Below the pieces are notes generated by a model, which saw only the letters and a program-made list of their open reading frames with translations, searched no databases and was not told the DNA's origin. Positions 60,217 to 63,167 of a stretch of 63,167 nt of DNA are shown in pieces. Positions within the stretch are counted from its first letter, which is position 1. Every line of letters starts with the position of its first letter. Position numbers and translations under genes: made by a program. Origin of the DNA: Nemertoderma westbladi (lineage: Eukaryota; Animalia; Xenacoelomorpha); the NCBI GenBank assembly GCA_032718475.1, contig JAUCBJ010007440.1:1-63167 (forward strand). The letters run 5' to 3'.

Positions 60217-61213
60217 AAATCCGTCTCTAGGGGGAAAATCTACGCAAATAACAGCTGTTTACTTCCAAAAATAAAACTGTATATGACTTTCGTTTATTGT
60301 TTTGGATAGAATCACATGCCGGTGTAACCTGCCCTTTTCCGCTAATTAATAAGTATCGTTGTTAACACCCCGAGATCGAGATGTGATTTATGTGGATGCC
60401 AGCCAGAGCAGTGGCCAGTGTGGATGCCAGACCAGAGTAGCGGCCAGTGTGGATGCTAGCCGTTGTGTTACTTGTATTTTTTGTGCAGCACATTGACACG
60501 TGTCAAAAAAAGCCGTAATCAATAAGGTAGGATGTTTTTCAAGTGTTATATTCGTGATCAGCATCCCAAAAAACATATATGGTCATAAAATCAATTTGAT
60601 TTCGAGGTAATTTTTCATTATCATATTTCCACTACTTGTTTTTTTCGTGCTCCGGGGCGGGGACACAAATAACTGACTAATAACTAACATAAAAACAACA
60701 TGCCTATGTTGTTATATTACACAACTCTTCGATATGTTTGATGTACAAATTGTGAGATTCTAAAATCTCAGTAGCCAAACTGTAGGGCAATTTTACCACT
60801 TTTGAAAAAAGTGCTACTTGCACTTTTGGTGCTCTTTTCGTTTCTATTACAAAAAAAATGAAAATTTTGCTTCTAATCTTGCTTTCGATTACTAATAATG
60901 AATTGAACAAACAAAATAAGCATAGTGTGGTTTAATGGTTATACGTAAGTCTTTTGAAGGATGTTGTATTTTGTGTAATTTTATCAATTCCGTAAGGTGT
61001 TGATATGGTATGGGTGCCAGGAACTCCTCATATCTCGAAAACTACTGGAGCTATTAAATGTTTATTTGTCTCATCTGAAATAGGACATAATTTTATTTAG
61101 GGCCAAGTATTTTCGACGCGCTAGGCATATTGTTTCAGGGGTTCTATCTAAGAGAAATAACTGGCCCACTAAATTTAGGGGCTTTGCAGCAGCTTGGCAA
61201 TCGTATCTATAGT

Positions 61214-62128
61214 AGGTCATGCCGGACAATTCCGACCCGGACAATTCCGACCCGAAAAAATTCCGACCTGGACAATTACGACCCGTACAATTCTGACCCG
61301 GACAATTCCGACCTGGACAATTCCGACCCGTACAATTCTGACTCGGACAATTCCGACCTGGACAATTCCGACTCGTACAATTCTGACCCGGACAATTCCG
61401 ACCCGGACAATTCCGACCTGGACAATTCCGACCCGTACAATTCTGACCCGGACAATTCCGACCTGGACAATTCTGACCCGGACAATTCCGACCCGGACAA
61501 TTCCGACCTGGACAATTCCGACCCGTACAATTCTGACCCGGACAATTCCGACCTGGACAATTCTGACCCGGACAATTCCGACCCGGACAATTCCGACCCA
61601 TTCAAAGATCTAATAAAATTTTTATGGGTCGGAAATGTCCGGATCGAAATAAATAAAAATAATTAATAGAAATTACCGGTAACAAATAACAAAAATCTGT
61701 GTTCTAGATAAAATATAATAATATTTTTCTTAATTGAAAGCTAGTATGTTTTAAAACATTTTCAAAAAATAGCAAAAACTAGATAGTATTATAAACATTT
61801 GGTGGGGCTGTGCCTAAATCAAACTAGTACCGAATACATGCAATTCGAAATAAACTATGCAACTCTAAAATTACATAGCAAACGTGTCTAGAACAAATAA
61901 ATATCCTGGACACAGCAATATTATGTTGAATAATAAACAATGTAATGTTAATAAAATAATAATGTTATTATTATTATAATTTTTAAATTATTTGGGTTGG
62001 AATTGTCCTATGCTGGATCCGGACAATTCCGATCCATTAAAATTTCATTCGAGCTCTGAGTGGGTCGGAATTGTCCGGGTCACAGCTCTCCGGGTAGGAA
62101 TTGTCCGGGTCGGAATTGTCCGTACACC
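61214..62128. mobile_element. Foldback/MULE-like non-autonomous element with arms made of a 15-bp repeat
   Basis: About 25 copies of GGACAATTCCGACCC at 61222-61599. Inverted copies at ~61626-61645, ~61994-62008 and 62062-62122. AT-rich non-coding spacer. No TSD recognised. Confidence 0.6.
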
Positions 62129-62623
62129 CTTCCGGGAATACTTGCTATTGCCTATTACTGTAGTTGGGAACCAGTCCAATCATCTCACCACGACAGTACT
62201 TGTACTATGCACACTACAGTACTATGGCAACGGATAATTACATCTATAGGGCATAGGCAGGCACTACTAGTGCAAGGTGCCATACTAATAAGCCAGCTTG
62301 CTTTATCTTGCAAAATGATTGCCTGAGTCGAGTATTTAATCGCGAAATAAATACGTTGACATGATAAATTAATATTTCAGTATCAATACTATCGGCATAA
62401 GGAAAGTTTTAATAATTTTTACACATTGGGTTGCCTCCACACCTAAAAATATATTACTTTTAAAACACAATTTCCTGTTAATACCTCTTCCTTTCATTAT
62501 TCATCTGTGCTCCTTTGCGGTTGGGGTGGTGCAGATTAAGAGGGCGGTTGAAGCGAGGGAGGGAACTTTCCTCTTTTCTTTGATTTATTCTTATTGGCGG
62601 TTTGTTTAAATTTCATATTTATT

Positions 62624-62715
62624 TATTTAAATTTCTTAAATACCGATTTTGGGATAGAATTGCTCAATATCAATCTATATCTGATAACTGAGCATCGTGC
62701 TGCGCGAAGGCCCCA
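62624..62715 (+). repeat. Dispersed ~90-bp repeat (copy 2 of 11967-12058)
   Basis: Aligns by eye with 11967-12058. Confidence 0.85.
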
Positions 62716-63167
62716 TGTATGTGTACAGAGAGAGTACCGACAGTGGAGGCGCCTAAAGGAAAGCCATTTGCTGAATGTTGTATTGATTCTCTTAAAACTA
62801 AAACATACATTAATTTTGCGGCCCGCTTGACTATCACCCTTGGGTGTACACGCCCCCCCCCCCCCCCCCCCCCTCAGTACCCTTTGCGCAGTGGTATAAC
62901 AATAAGATTAGCAAACCACACTGATTTGAAAAAACGAAATATATTCCGCAGAGAGAGAAGAATAAATTAAGTTGAGGGAAGGTCCAGCGGTGGTCCATTC
63001 CATCGACCATTGGTTTGGCATCGGAAGGAATAGTAGGTATACAGTAATAATTGGGGGTAGTGACCAAATTGAATGCATGCAGGTGGTATGCCTAGTGGCC
63101 AATTCTTTTAATAACGATTTGTATTAACATTGATAATCTCCTGGCATTGCATTGAGTGTATGAGTGA

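Noticed and set aside
58900-61170. DNA transposon spanning 58.9-61.2 kb
   Set aside because: Some terminal-looking AT-rich motifs, but no convincing TIR pair, TSD or transposase ORF.
61071-61666. Pentapeptide-repeat ORFs (GRNCP, DNSDP, SELSG, TIPTR)
   Set aside because: Four overlapping frames of a 15-bp DNA repeat; no evidence of a gene.

Overview
Eukaryotic (probably bilaterian invertebrate) repeat-rich genomic DNA, not prokaryotic. Left to right: (1) a near-complete, young Ty3/Gypsy LTR retrotransposon on the minus strand (1-6201) with unusual CGCCA...TGGCG LTR ends, a tRNA-Leu-like PBS, an MADD RT motif and one nonsense codon in gag-pol; (2) a decayed DDE-type DNA transposase (~8.0-10.8 kb); (3) a full-length RTE-like LINE with a 13-bp TSD (12236-15761); (4) a ~30.9-kb array of a 43-bp satellite (16163-47086, ~715-720 monomers) with regional variants and kb-scale duplications, which produces all the long hydrophobic pseudo-ORFs; (5) a second, 5'-truncated, inverted copy of the same LINE (48411-50702) inside an inverted pair of 21-bp minisatellite arms; (6) Helentron/DINE-1-like non-autonomous elements, one with 315-bp tandem repeats carrying CTCF-like motifs; (7) an intronless SLC18B1-like MFS transporter broken by one in-frame TAA between its two halves; (8) a foldback-like element built from a 15-bp repeat. 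There is no CRISPR array, and I see no firm evidence of a new multi-gene system. The best leads are the non-canonical Gypsy termini, the architecture and context of the satellite, and the CTCF-motif array. All comparisons were made by eye.
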